From assembly GCA_052326485.1 (NCBI GenBank), contig JBKQMS010000015.1, positions 5,492 to 69,491 of the forward strand: 64,000 nucleotides of DNA. Reading direction: 5' to 3'. The DNA comes from Thermoplasmata archaeon (lineage in GTDB: Archaea > Thermoplasmatota > Thermoplasmata > Lutacidiplasmatales > UBA184). Under the pieces are notes generated by a model. It was not told the DNA's origin and did no database searches. It saw only the letters and a program-made list of their open reading frames with translations. Shown piece by piece: positions 38,933 to 47,463 of the stretch; within the stretch, counting starts at the first letter, position 1, and every line of letters starts with the position of its first letter. The position numbers and the translations under genes are program-made.

Positions 38933-40114
38933 CTAGCTGCCGGGGACCTCGGCCGAAGCGCGCAGGAGCCGGGCCCGGATGCCCATCTCCCCGTACAGGA
39001 ACTCCATCACGACGAGCGAGATCACGGTCGTCCCGATCGCCATGACGAAGAGCCCGAAGTAGCCGTAGAGCTCGATCGCGATCGCACCCACGAGCGGTCC
39101 CACGCTCCATAAGGAGGAGTTGATCAGCGCGAACACCCCGAGGTACTCGGCACGCTGACCGGGCGGCGCCATCCGCGCGACCCACGCGTTCATGCCGGGA
39201 CCGAGGAAGGAGAGCCCGCCGTTGCGGACGGCCTGGGCGGGAATCGTCTCTTCCCAGGTCGTCGAGAACATGAAGATCCCGTACGAGGCGAGCGTGAGGA
39301 CGGTGCCGTACCAGATCCCCCGTATCTCTCCGAGCCGGTCGATCGCCCGCCCGAGCGGCACGCCGGTGAACGCCCCGGTGACCAGGCCCGCGATCGCGAC
39401 CACGCTCACCTCGAGCGAGTTGGCCCCGAGCGAAGCGGCCAGGAATCCGTAGAACGCCGCGACCGCCCCCGACCCGATCGCCCGGATCGACACCGCAAAC
39501 GAGAACGTGACCACCGTCCGCATCTCGCGGAGGGGTCGACGCTCGGACGGGATGCTCACCCGGATGTCCGGCACGAGGAAGAGGACGACCCCGAGCGTCC
39601 CGATCATGATCACGACGACGAACGGGAACAGGGCTTGGAGGCCGTACCAGTAGGTCACGAGGCCGGCGAAGACGAAGCCGACCACGGCGCCCGCGTTCGA
39701 GGTGGCGTTGAGGAGGCCGTACCCCTCTCCGCGTTCGGTGGACCGGGTCACGTCCGCCACGAACGCCGTGTACGCCGGGCCTCCGATGGCGAGTGCGAGC
39801 TCGGCGGCGATGAACAGACCGCCCGCGAGCACATAGCCCGGCGCGAAGATGATCGCGAGGAAGAGGGGGAACGCCGCCGCCTCGCCGAGCAGCAGGAACG
39901 GCTTGCGCCGGCCCACGCGGTCCGAGAGCCGGCCCACCCACGGGCCGATGAGGCTCGCCGGCAGCCAGGCGAGCGTGAGGATCGTCAGCGCCACCGGGAG
40001 GGAGGCGCCCTTCACCTCGACCAAGTAGAGGGGGAGGAAGACGATGAACAGCCCGCCCCGATTGCTCGCGAAGAGCGAGTAGAGGGAGAGCGACAGGAGT
40101 TCTCGGGAGGGCAT
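38933..40114 (-). CDS. MFS transporter
   Basis: 393 aa with 12 hydrophobic segments. GRLSDRVGRRK is an MFS loop 2-3 motif. Confidence 0.8.
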   Translation of the reverse strand: MPSRELLSLSLYSLFASNRGGLFIVFLPLYLVEVKGASLPVALTILTLAWLPASLIGPWVGRLSDRVGRRKPFLLLGEAAAFPLFLAIIFAPGYVLAGGLFIAAELALAIGGPAYTAFVADVTRSTERGEGYGLLNATSNAGAVVGFVFAGLVTYWYGLQALFPFVVVIMIGTLGVVLFLVPDIRVSIPSERRPLREMRTVVTFSFAVSIRAIGSGAVAAFYGFLAASLGANSLEVSVVAIAGLVTGAFTGVPLGRAIDRLGEIRGIWYGTVLTLASYGIFMFSTTWEETIPAQAVRNGGLSFLGPGMNAWVARMAPPGQRAEYLGVFALINSSLWSVGPLVGAIAIELYGYFGLFVMAIGTTVISLVVMEFLYGEMGIRARLLRASAEVPGS

Positions 40115-40188
40115 CGGTGCTCCACCCCGGCCGGTTACTTACGCTTGAGCGCCGGCGGGAACGTGCGAACGGGAGAACGCCCCGATCG

Positions 40189-41901
40189 TCAGTCCTGCGG
40201 GGCAACCGGCGGGGAAGAGGCCGCCGCCTCGGCGCGCAACACGCGTCGGAGAACCTTCTGCGCGCCACTGCGCGGCAGCGCCTCTCGGAACTCGACCCGG
40301 TGGGGTGCTTTGTAATGAGCGATCCGCTCCCGGACGAACGTGACGAGCTCCTCTGGGGTGACGGAGGCGTTGGGCTTCTTGACGACGAACGCGACGACCG
40401 CCTCGCCGCGCTCGGGGTCGGGCGCGCCGACCACCGCTACGTCCGCCACCGCGGGATGCTGGAAGAGCACCTCCTCGACCTCCCGCGGGTAGACCTTCAT
40501 CCCACCGACGTTGACCAGGTCCTTCTTGCGGTCGACCAGGTAGGCGAACCCATCCTCGTCGACCCGTACGACATCGCCGGTTCGGAGCCAGCCGTCCTTC
40601 AAGACGAGGTCGGTCTCCTCCGCCTGACGATAGTAGCCCATCATCACCTGAGGCCCGCGGACGCAGAGCTCCCCGACCTCGCCCGCGCCCAGGACCCTCA
40701 TCCCGGTCTCGAGGTCGACCACCCGCTGGTCGGTCTCGGGGACGGGGACCCCGATCGAACCGACCCGACGCTCGCCCGCGAGGGGGTTCTGGTGGGTGAT
40801 CGGCGACGTTTCCGAAAGACCGTACCCCTCCACCAAACGGGCGCCCGTGAGCTGCTCGAACCGTCGCTGGACCTCGATCGGGAGCGGCGCCGAACCGCTG
40901 AGGCAGTACCGGATCGATTGAACCCGGCGCTCTGCGAGGTCCGGCTGACGGTTGAAGGATTGGTAGAGGGCGGGAACCCCGGGGAACTGGGTCGGCTGGT
41001 ACCGGTCGATCAGCTTCAGAAGCTCCCGGATCTCGGGACGAGTCTGTAGGACGACGGTCCCTCCCGCGGCGAGTCCCATCAGGAGCGCGACCGTGAGCCC
41101 GTAGATGTGGGACAGAGGGATCGCCGCGATGACGACCTCCGCGCCGGGTTCGAGCCAGATGTTCCATGCGTTCCCCTGGACGACGTTCGCGACCAGGTTG
41201 CGATGCGTCAGGATGGCGGCCTTGGGGAGGCCGGTCGTTCCTCCCGTGTACTGGAGCACCGCGGCGGTCGTCCGGGGGACCGACTTCGCCAGAGCGACCG
41301 TGCCGGGGTTCGTGACCGCCGCCTTCCACGGCCGGACCGAGGGGTCTTTCGGGAATGCGGTCGACATCTTCTGACGCCGTAGGAGCCCGTTGACAAACGG
41401 GCGACGATACCACGGGTAGAACTCGCGCGACCGCGCGACGAACACCGTCGGAACGGCATACTCACCCCGCACCTTGACCAGGTTCGGATACAGGGTCTCG
41501 AGCGTCACGAGCGCCTTCGGCGTCGCGTCCCGCAGGAGGCGGGCGAGGTCCTGCCCGAGGTAGAGGGGGCTCACGGGCACGACGACGGCCCCGAGCCGGA
41601 GGATGGCGAAGAACGCGATCGGGTACGCCGGGACGTTGGGGAGGTAGAGGGCGACCCGGTCCCCGGCCCCCACCCCTTCTCGGGCGAGAGAGGCGGCGAG
41701 CCGCTCGCTCTCCTGCCAGAACCGTCGGTAGCTCCACCTCGCCGCGTAGTACACGATTGCGTTGCGGTCCGGCCAGCGTCGTACGCTCTCTTCGATGAGC
41801 TCGGTCAGGAGCTGGTCCGGAACGATCACGTGCCGTGGCACTTCCGGAGGATAGACCCGAAACCACGGACGGTCGCCGAACTCCGAAGGAGACGCAACCA
41901 T
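40189..41901 (-). CDS. long-chain acyl-CoA synthetase (AMP-forming)
   Basis: Start moved to ATG 41899-41901. AMP-binding motif YTGGTTGLPKAAILTHRN. About 570 aa. Confidence 0.9.
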   Translation of the reverse strand: MVASPSEFGDRPWFRVYPPEVPRHVIVPDQLLTELIEESVRRWPDRNAIVYYAARWSYRRFWQESERLAASLAREGVGAGDRVALYLPNVPAYPIAFFAILRLGAVVVPVSPLYLGQDLARLLRDATPKALVTLETLYPNLVKVRGEYAVPTVFVARSREFYPWYRRPFVNGLLRRQKMSTAFPKDPSVRPWKAAVTNPGTVALAKSVPRTTAAVLQYTGGTTGLPKAAILTHRNLVANVVQGNAWNIWLEPGAEVVIAAIPLSHIYGLTVALLMGLAAGGTVVLQTRPEIRELLKLIDRYQPTQFPGVPALYQSFNRQPDLAERRVQSIRYCLSGSAPLPIEVQRRFEQLTGARLVEGYGLSETSPITHQNPLAGERRVGSIGVPVPETDQRVVDLETGMRVLGAGEVGELCVRGPQVMMGYYRQAEETDLVLKDGWLRTGDVVRVDEDGFAYLVDRKKDLVNVGGMKVYPREVEEVLFQHPAVADVAVVGAPDPERGEAVVAFVVKKPNASVTPEELVTFVRERIAHYKAPHRVEFREALPRSGAQKVLRRVLRAEAAASSPPVAPQD

Positions 41902-41908
41902 CGTCCGC

Positions 41909-42220
41909 CTACTCGGGCCCACCGCTCGAGGCGGGTTCGGCAGGACCCCTTTCCATCTCCGGAAGGCCCACCAGGGCCCGTAGTCGTTCGAACGCTCGCT
42001 CGGCGGTACGGGCGTCCCGTGTCTTGAACAGGAGACGACCCGCGCGGCTGATCGTCACCTCCGCCTCGAGCGAAACGATCAGCATCACCCGGGCATCGAC
42101 CACCGGGACGCCCTCCTTCTCCAACACCGCCCTGACCGCACGAAGGTCGAGCGGGGCTGGAGGATCGGCGATCGCCTCGTACCCCCCGTGGTTCGAGCAG
42201 AGCCGCAACCGCCGGTACAT
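41909..42220 (-). CDS. hypothetical small protein
   Basis: I chose internal ATG 42218-42220 (MYRRLRLCSNHGGYEAIADPP...). 103 aa. The stop lies 7 nt before the acyl-CoA synthetase start. Family not recognised. Confidence 0.35.
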   Translation of the reverse strand: MYRRLRLCSNHGGYEAIADPPAPLDLRAVRAVLEKEGVPVVDARVMLIVSLEAEVTISRAGRLLFKTRDARTAERAFERLRALVGLPEMERGPAEPASSGGPE

Positions 42221-42323
42221 CGTGTCAGAGCGGGTTGTCCTCCCCCCAGATAGCCCTTCTCGGGGACGCAGACGAAGCCGAGCGCGTGCCCGGCGGGGCG
42301 GAATGGGTTCTCGAAGGTCGCGC

Positions 42324-42896
42324 CTAGGCCATCGGGGCGCCGCACTTCGCGCAGAACTGAGCTGACGCGACGTTGGGAGTCCCGCACGATGAGCAGAACC
42401 GCTGAGCGACACCGGGCTGCAGCGGAGGGGCGGCGGGAGGGCTCCACTGGGGTGCCGCGCCGGGTTGACCGAATGGCGCGCCGTAGCCCGGCTGTCCGTA
42501 GACGGGCTGATAGACCGCCGGCGGGTGCCAGCTGACCGCCATAATCCCGCCGATCAGCGCGAGGATGGAGCCGATGTAGAACCCGCCGCCACCCAGGAAG
42601 CCGATCAGCGAAAAGACGATGATCAGAATCCCCAGCATCCGGGCCGAGCCGGGATTAGATTTGAGGCGGTACGCCCAGAAGACGATCAGGAATCCGAAGA
42701 TGACCCCCAGGAGCCCGAAACCAACCACGAACGCTACGGCGGCCGAGGCTCCGGGAATATCGCTCCCGATGAAAGCGCTAAGGAGCAATCCCGCAATGAT
42801 CGTCAAGAATCCGTCCAGGACTATGAGAATCCCACCGATCAGCGAGAGTAGGTGGGCGGTGTTCGGATACCCCGGACCGTACGACGACGCGCTCAT
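42324..42896 (-). CDS. membrane protein with C-terminal zinc ribbon
   Basis: 190 aa. Four Gly-rich TM segments, a Pro/Gln/Gly-rich linker, and C-terminal CSSCGTP...CAKCG. gatatact lies about 29 nt upstream of the ATG on the minus strand. Confidence 0.65.
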   Translation of the reverse strand: MSASSYGPGYPNTAHLLSLIGGILIVLDGFLTIIAGLLLSAFIGSDIPGASAAVAFVVGFGLLGVIFGFLIVFWAYRLKSNPGSARMLGILIIVFSLIGFLGGGGFYIGSILALIGGIMAVSWHPPAVYQPVYGQPGYGAPFGQPGAAPQWSPPAAPPLQPGVAQRFCSSCGTPNVASAQFCAKCGAPMA

Positions 42897-42974
42897 CGTC
42901 CCCGAACTGGGTGGCCGAGTATATCAAACGATGCGGACTCGAGGGAACGCCGGGGGTTTTCGGCGCAATCCGTC

Positions 42975-43601
42975 CTACAGAATGACCGCTTTCCGTACGC
43001 AGTCGTCGATCATCTGGTCCACGTCGATCCGCTCCTCTTGGCGGAGGATCTGAACGAGGTTCGACCGGGTAGCGGGCCGGTCCGGAACGGCCTGGCAGCA
43101 GACGCCAGGCCGGGTCGAGATCTCGTACGTCCCGATCGACTTCGCGACGGCTTCGATCTCGTTCTTGTCGAACCCGATGAGCGGGCGGACGATCGGCAGC
43201 CCGACGGCCGCCGTCGCGGTCCGCATGTTCGAGAGCGTCTGGGAGGCGACCTGACCGAGGGCCTCGCCGGTCGCCAAGAAGGTCGCGCCTTCCCGCAGGG
43301 CCACTTTCTCCGCCGACCGCCACATGAACCGGCGACAGAGGACGCACCCGAGATGCCGGTCCGTCGAGCGCATCAACGTGACCTGGGTCGGGCCGTGGGG
43401 CAAGAGGTACATCGGGATCGGTTGGTGGAAACGCTCCCTCAGGATCGCGAGGTGGTCGACGGTCTTTCCAAGCGGGGAGTCGTCCGTGAACGGTCGGTTG
43501 TCCATGTGGACGGCCACCATCTCGTGGCCCTGCCGGAGCAGGTAGTGCAGTGCGACCGGGGAATCGATCCCCCCGCTCATCAGCATCACGCCCCGCGCCA
43601 T
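42975..43601 (-). CDS. ThiI-like PP-loop ATP pyrophosphatase (no THUMP domain)
   Basis: Start moved to ATG 43599-43601. PP-loop SGGIDS near the N-terminus, a CVLC (CxxC) motif and a GVCC motif. Only 208 aa. Confidence 0.7.
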   Translation of the reverse strand: MARGVMLMSGGIDSPVALHYLLRQGHEMVAVHMDNRPFTDDSPLGKTVDHLAILRERFHQPIPMYLLPHGPTQVTLMRSTDRHLGCVLCRRFMWRSAEKVALREGATFLATGEALGQVASQTLSNMRTATAAVGLPIVRPLIGFDKNEIEAVAKSIGTYEISTRPGVCCQAVPDRPATRSNLVQILRQEERIDVDQMIDDCVRKAVIL

Positions 43602-43622
43602 CACTCTCGTCCACTCGGATGC

Positions 43623-43670
43623 GATATTAAGGGATGCGCTCGCGGGGAAATCTCCCGCGAGAGGTAAATA
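43623..43670. promoter_or_regulatory. divergent promoter region: two TATA boxes flanking an 8-bp perfect inverted repeat
   Basis: ttaatatc (minus strand, 43623-43630) lies about 25 nt from ATG 43601. ggtaaata (43663-43670) lies about 26 nt from ATG 43693. ctcgcggg (43639-43646) and cccgcgag (43654-43661) are exact reverse complements with a 7-nt spacer. Confidence 0.5.
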
Positions 43671-43692
43671 GCGAACCCTGGTCCAATCGCCG

Positions 43693-44511
43693 ATGCCCGA
43701 GGAAGCCGCCGCTCCTCCGACCGAACTGAAGTGTCGCGTCGAAGGACGAGGGCCCGCGGTCCTGCTCCTGCACGGAGTGGGCGGGAACCACACCGTTTGG
43801 AACGACATGGTCTCGGGCCTATCCAAAGAGTTCCTCGTCCTCGCGCCGGACCTACGCGGGCACGGCCGGACCCGTGCGCCGCCCGACTCCCACTTCACCT
43901 TCGCTGAGATGATGGGCGACATCCTGCGCCTCCTGGATGACCGTGGGGTCGGTTCGGCTCATCTCGTCGGTCTGAGCGCAGGGGCCCTCCTCGCGCTGCG
44001 CACCGCTCTCGACCGACCCGACCGCGTTCGGAGCCTCACGATGGTGAGCGGGGCCGGCTACACGGACTCTCACACGCGAGCGGTCGTCGAGCGATGGGCG
44101 GAGACGTACTCCAAGCAAGGGACCGACCGGTTCGCCCTCCGCCTCCTCAAGGACCTCTACTATCCGGACTGGGTGGAAGCCAATCTCGACTATGCGGACG
44201 CTGTGCGCGAGCAGGTGAGGCACCAGGACTTCACGCCCGCCCTCCGGTGGGCGCACGCGATGGCTTCGTTCGACGAGCAAAACCGCGTCGCGACCGTCTC
44301 CCGCCCCACCTTGATCGTCCAGGCGTTGAACGATGCGGTGGTAGAGGCGTCGCACGCGCGGATCCTACGGCAGTCGATCCCCGGCGCGCAGATCCGTCTC
44401 TTGGCGGAGACCGGTCACACCGTGCCGGTCGAGCGGCCCAAGGAACTCTCGGAGGCAATCACCGCCTTCGTCCGGTCGGTCGAATCCTCGAACGGGACCA
44501 CCTCGTCGTAG
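43693..44511 (+). CDS. alpha/beta-fold hydrolase
   Basis: 272 aa. LLLHGVGGN oxyanion region and the GLSAG nucleophile elbow. Confidence 0.85.
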   Translation: MPEEAAAPPTELKCRVEGRGPAVLLLHGVGGNHTVWNDMVSGLSKEFLVLAPDLRGHGRTRAPPDSHFTFAEMMGDILRLLDDRGVGSAHLVGLSAGALLALRTALDRPDRVRSLTMVSGAGYTDSHTRAVVERWAETYSKQGTDRFALRLLKDLYYPDWVEANLDYADAVREQVRHQDFTPALRWAHAMASFDEQNRVATVSRPTLIVQALNDAVVEASHARILRQSIPGAQIRLLAETGHTVPVERPKELSEAITAFVRSVESSNGTTSS

Positions 44512-44541
44512 GCGGGCGGTCGGTGGGCGGACCGTGAGCTT

Positions 44542-44742
44542 ATGAGCCCCGGGCCGAATCCCCGGACGATGTCGACTCCCGAGGCCTCCGACCTCTCTAC
44601 GCGGCTGTCCCAGGTCGAACGAGATCTCAAGGAACTGCGAACTCGGGTGATCGCTCTCGAACGGATGCTAGGTGCCGGAGAGCTGCATCCAGCCGACTCG
44701 TCGACCGTGCAGCGGAAAGTCTCCTACGACTGGCAGAAATGA
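44542..44742 (+). CDS. hypothetical small coiled-coil protein
   Basis: 66 aa. ATGA overlap with the downstream Nudix gene suggests translational coupling. The helical segment is LSTRLSQVERDLKELRTRVIALERML. Confidence 0.35.
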   Translation: MSPGPNPRTMSTPEASDLSTRLSQVERDLKELRTRVIALERMLGAGELHPADSSTVQRKVSYDWQK

Positions 44743-45380
44743 GCTCGCCCGGGGAACGGGTTCCCGGAACCGCGCCCAGGGCCCTCTCTGACCTCCTCTC
44801 TCGGTTCCCGGCGCTCGCTCCTCCGATCTCGACCGCCGGCGCTGCGGTCGTGATCGTCCTGCGTGACGGGTCCGAGGAGGTCGAGACGTTGCTCATCGAG
44901 CGCGCGGAACGGGCAGAAGACCCCGCTTCGGGGCAGGTCGCGTTCCCCGGCGGTCACGTGGCGGAGGGCGACGGTTCGCTCGCTGTGACCGCGCTGCGTG
45001 AGCTCGAGGAAGAGGTCGGACTCAGCCGGGCGGACTTCTCGGTAGAGCTCCGCTACGTCACTACCGTGCTCGCCATTCGCTTCGGCCTCAAGGTCGCGGT
45101 GTTCGCGACCGCCCTCTCCTCATCGGCGAACCCTCCCACCGCTCGAAGCGCCGAGGAGGTCGCTCACGTCTTCTGGCTGCCACGCTCGGCGTTGGCGGCC
45201 TCGAGACCGATCGTCCGGGAGACGAGCCGCGGACTGGCCGAGGTACGGGCGACGGCGTTCGAGGGACACGTCCTATGGGGGTTCTCGCGAAGGGTGCTCT
45301 GCCAGTTCTTCGGCGTCTCGAACGAAGACGAGTTCATTGGCCCCGTCTTCGCGCCTCACCTCCCACCTCCGGATGGGTGA
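44739..45380 (+). CDS. NUDIX hydrolase
   Basis: Nudix box GGHVAEGDGSLAVTALRELEEEVGL. Confidence 0.85.
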   Translation: MSSPGERVPGTAPRALSDLLSRFPALAPPISTAGAAVVIVLRDGSEEVETLLIERAERAEDPASGQVAFPGGHVAEGDGSLAVTALRELEEEVGLSRADFSVELRYVTTVLAIRFGLKVAVFATALSSSANPPTARSAEEVAHVFWLPRSALAASRPIVRETSRGLAEVRATAFEGHVLWGFSRRVLCQFFGVSNEDEFIGPVFAPHLPPPDG

Positions 45381-45443
45381 GGTCAAAGGGAACCCCGGGA
45401 GGAGTGCGGCCTGAGCGGGAGCGTTCGGGTCGAAGGAGCGGAG

Positions 45444-45770
45444 ATGTGGTCTCGCAGGCTGCGATGTCCCCACTGCCACATGGAGTTTGACTACGACTTC
45501 GTGCCCGGAATGTCGGTGACGGCGCTCCGCCTGGGGACCTCTCGGTACATGCGCTGCCCCCTATGTCGCCGGTGGGGCACGTTCCCGCTGACCCGGTCGA
45601 ACGATGCGGGAACCGACACGCCCTCCGGAGCGACACGCGTTCCGCCCACCGAGGGCCGGGACGGCAGCGCGGGAGGCGCGCCTCTTCGGAGCCGAGCGGT
45701 GCCTCAGTTCAACGACCGGCGACCTTTGGTCCGCTGGGGCGCCCTGCTGAACTACCTGCAGCGGTTCTGA
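45444..45770 (+). CDS. zinc-ribbon protein, hypothetical
   Basis: 108 aa. CPHC...CPLC forms a four-Cys ribbon. High third-position G+C through to the stop. Confidence 0.5.
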   Translation: MWSRRLRCPHCHMEFDYDFVPGMSVTALRLGTSRYMRCPLCRRWGTFPLTRSNDAGTDTPSGATRVPPTEGRDGSAGGAPLRSRAVPQFNDRRPLVRWGALLNYLQRF

Positions 45771-45772
45771 CC

Positions 45773-45979
45773 TTGTCGGGGGCGCTGCTCGACCTGCCGA
45801 CGACCACCGAACTCCTCCTGGTTAGCGCCGGGGCCATCGTCCTGGGCGTCGGGCTGAGCCTGCTCCTCGAGTTCTCCCCGCCCGAACGGACCCACCGAGC
45901 CACCTGGCCCACCCTCTCGGTGGGACGCAAGGGGTCCCCTCCTCGGGACCGGGGACGTTTCGAAAACCATATCGTTTAA
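45773..45979 (+). CDS. hypothetical small membrane protein
   Basis: Possible TTG start 2 nt after the upstream stop. One or two hydrophobic segments (LLLVSAGAIVLGVGLSLLLEF). High third-position G+C. Listed in the track only as part of a longer ORF (45563..45979). Confidence 0.35.
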   Translation: MSGALLDLPTTTELLLVSAGAIVLGVGLSLLLEFSPPERTHRATWPTLSVGRKGSPPRDRGRFENHIV

Positions 45980-45994
45980 ATAGTGGTTTAAATA
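45974..45994 (+). promoter_or_regulatory. tandem TATA boxes upstream of tbp
   Basis: gtttaaata occurs at 45974-45982 and again at 45986-45994. The second copy is centred about 26 nt upstream of ATG 46016, consistent with a leaderless transcript. Confidence 0.55.
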
Positions 45995-46015
45995 CTCACG
46001 GCCGCGGGGATTTAA

Positions 46016-46564
46016 ATGGTGAAGATTCGCATCGAGAACGTCGTCGCGTCCACCTCCCTCGGGGACGAGCTCGACCTCCAGTCGATCGCGCTGGGTCTTG
46101 ACGGGGCCGAGTACGAGCCCGAGCAGTTCCCCGGCCTCATCTATCGTCTGAAACAACCCAAGACCGCGATCCTCCTCTTCCGGTCGGGAAAGGTCGTCTG
46201 CACCGGCGCGAAGAGCATGCACGAGGTCGAGGAATCGATCCAGACGGTCGCCGCGCAGATCAAGAAGGGCGGCCAAAAGATCAACATGCACCCGAGGATC
46301 GAGGTGCAGAACATCGTCGCGAGCTCGGACCTCGAGAGCGAGATCAACCTCAACGCGATCGCCGTCACGCTGGGACTCGACCGAGTGGAGTACGAGCCCG
46401 AGCAGTTCCCCGGTCTCGTCTGCCGTATCGACGAGCCGCGCGTCGTGGTCCTCCTCTTCGGCAGCGGCAAGCTCGTTTGCACGGGGGCGCGGAAGCCCTC
46501 GGACGTCGAGGTCGCGGTCAAGAAGATCACGAAGGAACTCCAGGGCGCGGGTCTCCTTCGCTGA
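46016..46564 (+). CDS. tbp: TATA-box binding protein
   Basis: 182 aa with an internal direct repeat (IENVVASTSLGDELDL... / VQNIVASSDLESEINL...) and the QFPGLIYRL / QFPGLVCRI motifs. Confidence 0.97.
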   Translation: MVKIRIENVVASTSLGDELDLQSIALGLDGAEYEPEQFPGLIYRLKQPKTAILLFRSGKVVCTGAKSMHEVEESIQTVAAQIKKGGQKINMHPRIEVQNIVASSDLESEINLNAIAVTLGLDRVEYEPEQFPGLVCRIDEPRVVVLLFGSGKLVCTGARKPSDVEVAVKKITKELQGAGLLR

Positions 46565-46587
46565 GCGGCGCGCCGCACGGAGCCGCG

Positions 46588-47463
46588 ATGCCCCTGCCAC
46601 GCGGTCTCCCGGTCGTCGACCACCACTGCCACCTCTCTCCGAAGGGGGACGGGGTCCGCGCGGTCGAGCGGTTCCGGGCGGCCGGTGGCACGCACCTGTT
46701 CCTCACGACCCAGAACTACGAAGCGACCGTACCGACCTCGCTCGAGACCTACGCCCATCAGTTCGAGGTCACTTGGCGGCTGGCGCAGAAGGTCCGCGAG
46801 GAGGTGGGCGTGCGGGCCTACCCGGTCCTCGCCCCGTACCCGATCGACCTCGTAGAGGCTTCGGCGAAGCTGGGAGCCCCCGCAGCGCTCGAGCTCCACC
46901 GCTCCGCGCTCGACCTGGCCGGTCGATACGTCCGAGAGAAGAAGGCGGTCGCCCTCGGTGAGGTCGGTCGCCCGCACTTCCCGGTGAGCGAGGAGGTGAC
47001 CGCGGTCGTGGAGCAGGCGTTCCGGCACGCCCTCGAGGTAGCGCGCGACTCGGACTGTCCCGTGGTCGTCCATTCGGCCGACCTGAGCGCCGATGGCCTC
47101 CTCGCTCTCGCGGCCCTGGCGCGCGAGGCCGGACTGCGACCGGACCGGGTCGTGAAGCACTACTCCCGAAGCCGGGTCCCCGCGGGATCGGCCGGAGGGG
47201 TCGTGCCGTCGTACCTGGCCCGCCGCGAGCTCGTTCGCGAGGTCACGAACGAGCCCGGACCCTGGTTCCTCGAGACGGACTACCTCGATGACCCGAAACG
47301 TCCCGGAGCCGTTCTCGACCTCGCTACGGTCCCCCGCCGGGCGACCGTGATCGCGGAGGACCCGGCGCAGGGGGCCGACCGGCTCTGGGTGCCGTTCGTG
47401 GAGTCCATTGAGCGGGTCTACGGTTGGCGCCCTGAGGTCGGGCCCGAGGGAGCCGCCGAATGA
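46588..47463 (+). CDS. TatD-related metal-dependent hydrolase (COG1099-like)
   Basis: Start moved to ATG 46588. N-terminal VVDHHCH metal motif. TIM-barrel hydrolase pattern. Confidence 0.7.
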   Translation: MPLPRGLPVVDHHCHLSPKGDGVRAVERFRAAGGTHLFLTTQNYEATVPTSLETYAHQFEVTWRLAQKVREEVGVRAYPVLAPYPIDLVEASAKLGAPAALELHRSALDLAGRYVREKKAVALGEVGRPHFPVSEEVTAVVEQAFRHALEVARDSDCPVVVHSADLSADGLLALAALAREAGLRPDRVVKHYSRSRVPAGSAGGVVPSYLARRELVREVTNEPGPWFLETDYLDDPKRPGAVLDLATVPRRATVIAEDPAQGADRLWVPFVESIERVYGWRPEVGPEGAAE

